Shown: in pieces, positions 63,485 to 64,000 of the stretch
How the letters are laid out: each line of letters opens with the position of its first letter
Numbering within the stretch: the stretch's first letter is position 1
Assembly: GCF_009914755.1 (NCBI RefSeq)
Contig: NC_060931.1
Direction: 5' to 3' (one strand)
Length of the DNA: 64,000 bases
Source: the human T2T-CHM13v2.0 reference genome, Homo sapiens
Position numbers and translations under genes: made by a program
The notes under the pieces: generated by a model
The model's database searches: none
What the model was told of the DNA's origin: nothing
What the model saw: only the letters and a program-made list of their open reading frames with translations

Positions 63485-64000
63485 CGCTTGAACCTGGGAC
63501 AAGGAGGTTGCAGTGAGTCTAGATCGTGCCAGGGCACTCCAGCCTGGGCAACAAGAGCGAAACTCTGTCTCAAAACCTCAAAACAAAACAAAACAAAACA
63601 AAACAACAAAACAAGGCCGGTGTAGTGGTTCATGCCTGTAATCCCAGCACTTTGGGAGGTGGAGGCAGGTGGATCACCTGAGGTAAGGGGTTCAAGACCA
63701 GCCTGGGCAACATGGTGAAACCCCCGTCTCTACTAAAAATACAAAAATTAGGCCAGGCATGGTGGCTCATGCCTGTATTCCCAGCACTTTGGGAGGCCGA
63801 GGTGGGCAGATCACAAGGTCAGGAGATCGAGACCTTCCTGGCTAACACATTGAAACCCTGTCTCTACTAAAAATACAAAAAATTATCTGGGCATGGTTGT
63901 GGGCGCCTGTAGTCCCAGCTACTCAGGAGGCTGAGGCAGGAGAATCGCTTGAACCCAGGAGGTGGAGGTTGCAGTGAGGTGAGATCAGGTCACTGCCCTC

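Overview
Primate (hominoid-like) genomic DNA, very Alu-dense, with no intact protein-coding gene that I can support. Positions 1 to ~43.9 kb are a mosaic segmental-duplication block. It contains unprocessed GTF2I exon remnants (1.2-2.9 kb), a region of old internal duplications with a U6 retrocopy and LTR/DNA-transposon relics (8.8-27.2 kb), and a 7.7-kb C-rich degenerate repeat array with a 1358-bp higher-order unit, inverted arms and a 49-bp VNTR (27.2-34.9 kb). It then carries an internally scrambled processed capicua (CIC-S) pseudogene on the minus strand (35.0-38.9 kb) and the terminal exon of a SEPTIN14 pseudogene (40.7 kb). This GTF2IP / RNU6 / C-rich array / CICP / SEPTIN14P combination matches, from memory, a multi-copy human duplicon family that hosts several lncRNAs; the exact copy cannot be identified without a search. 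Positions ~44-64 kb are Alu-saturated sequence with heavily decayed C2H2 zinc-finger remnants, a multi-template patchwork insertion at 47.5 kb and an Alu-U6-Alu chimera at 63.3 kb. I found no convincing new gene system. The most interesting signals are structural: template-switch rearrangements, a hairpin-plus-VNTR higher-order unit, and reciprocal empty and filled insertion sites. Repeat family names are recalled from consensus sequences and their boundaries are approximate.
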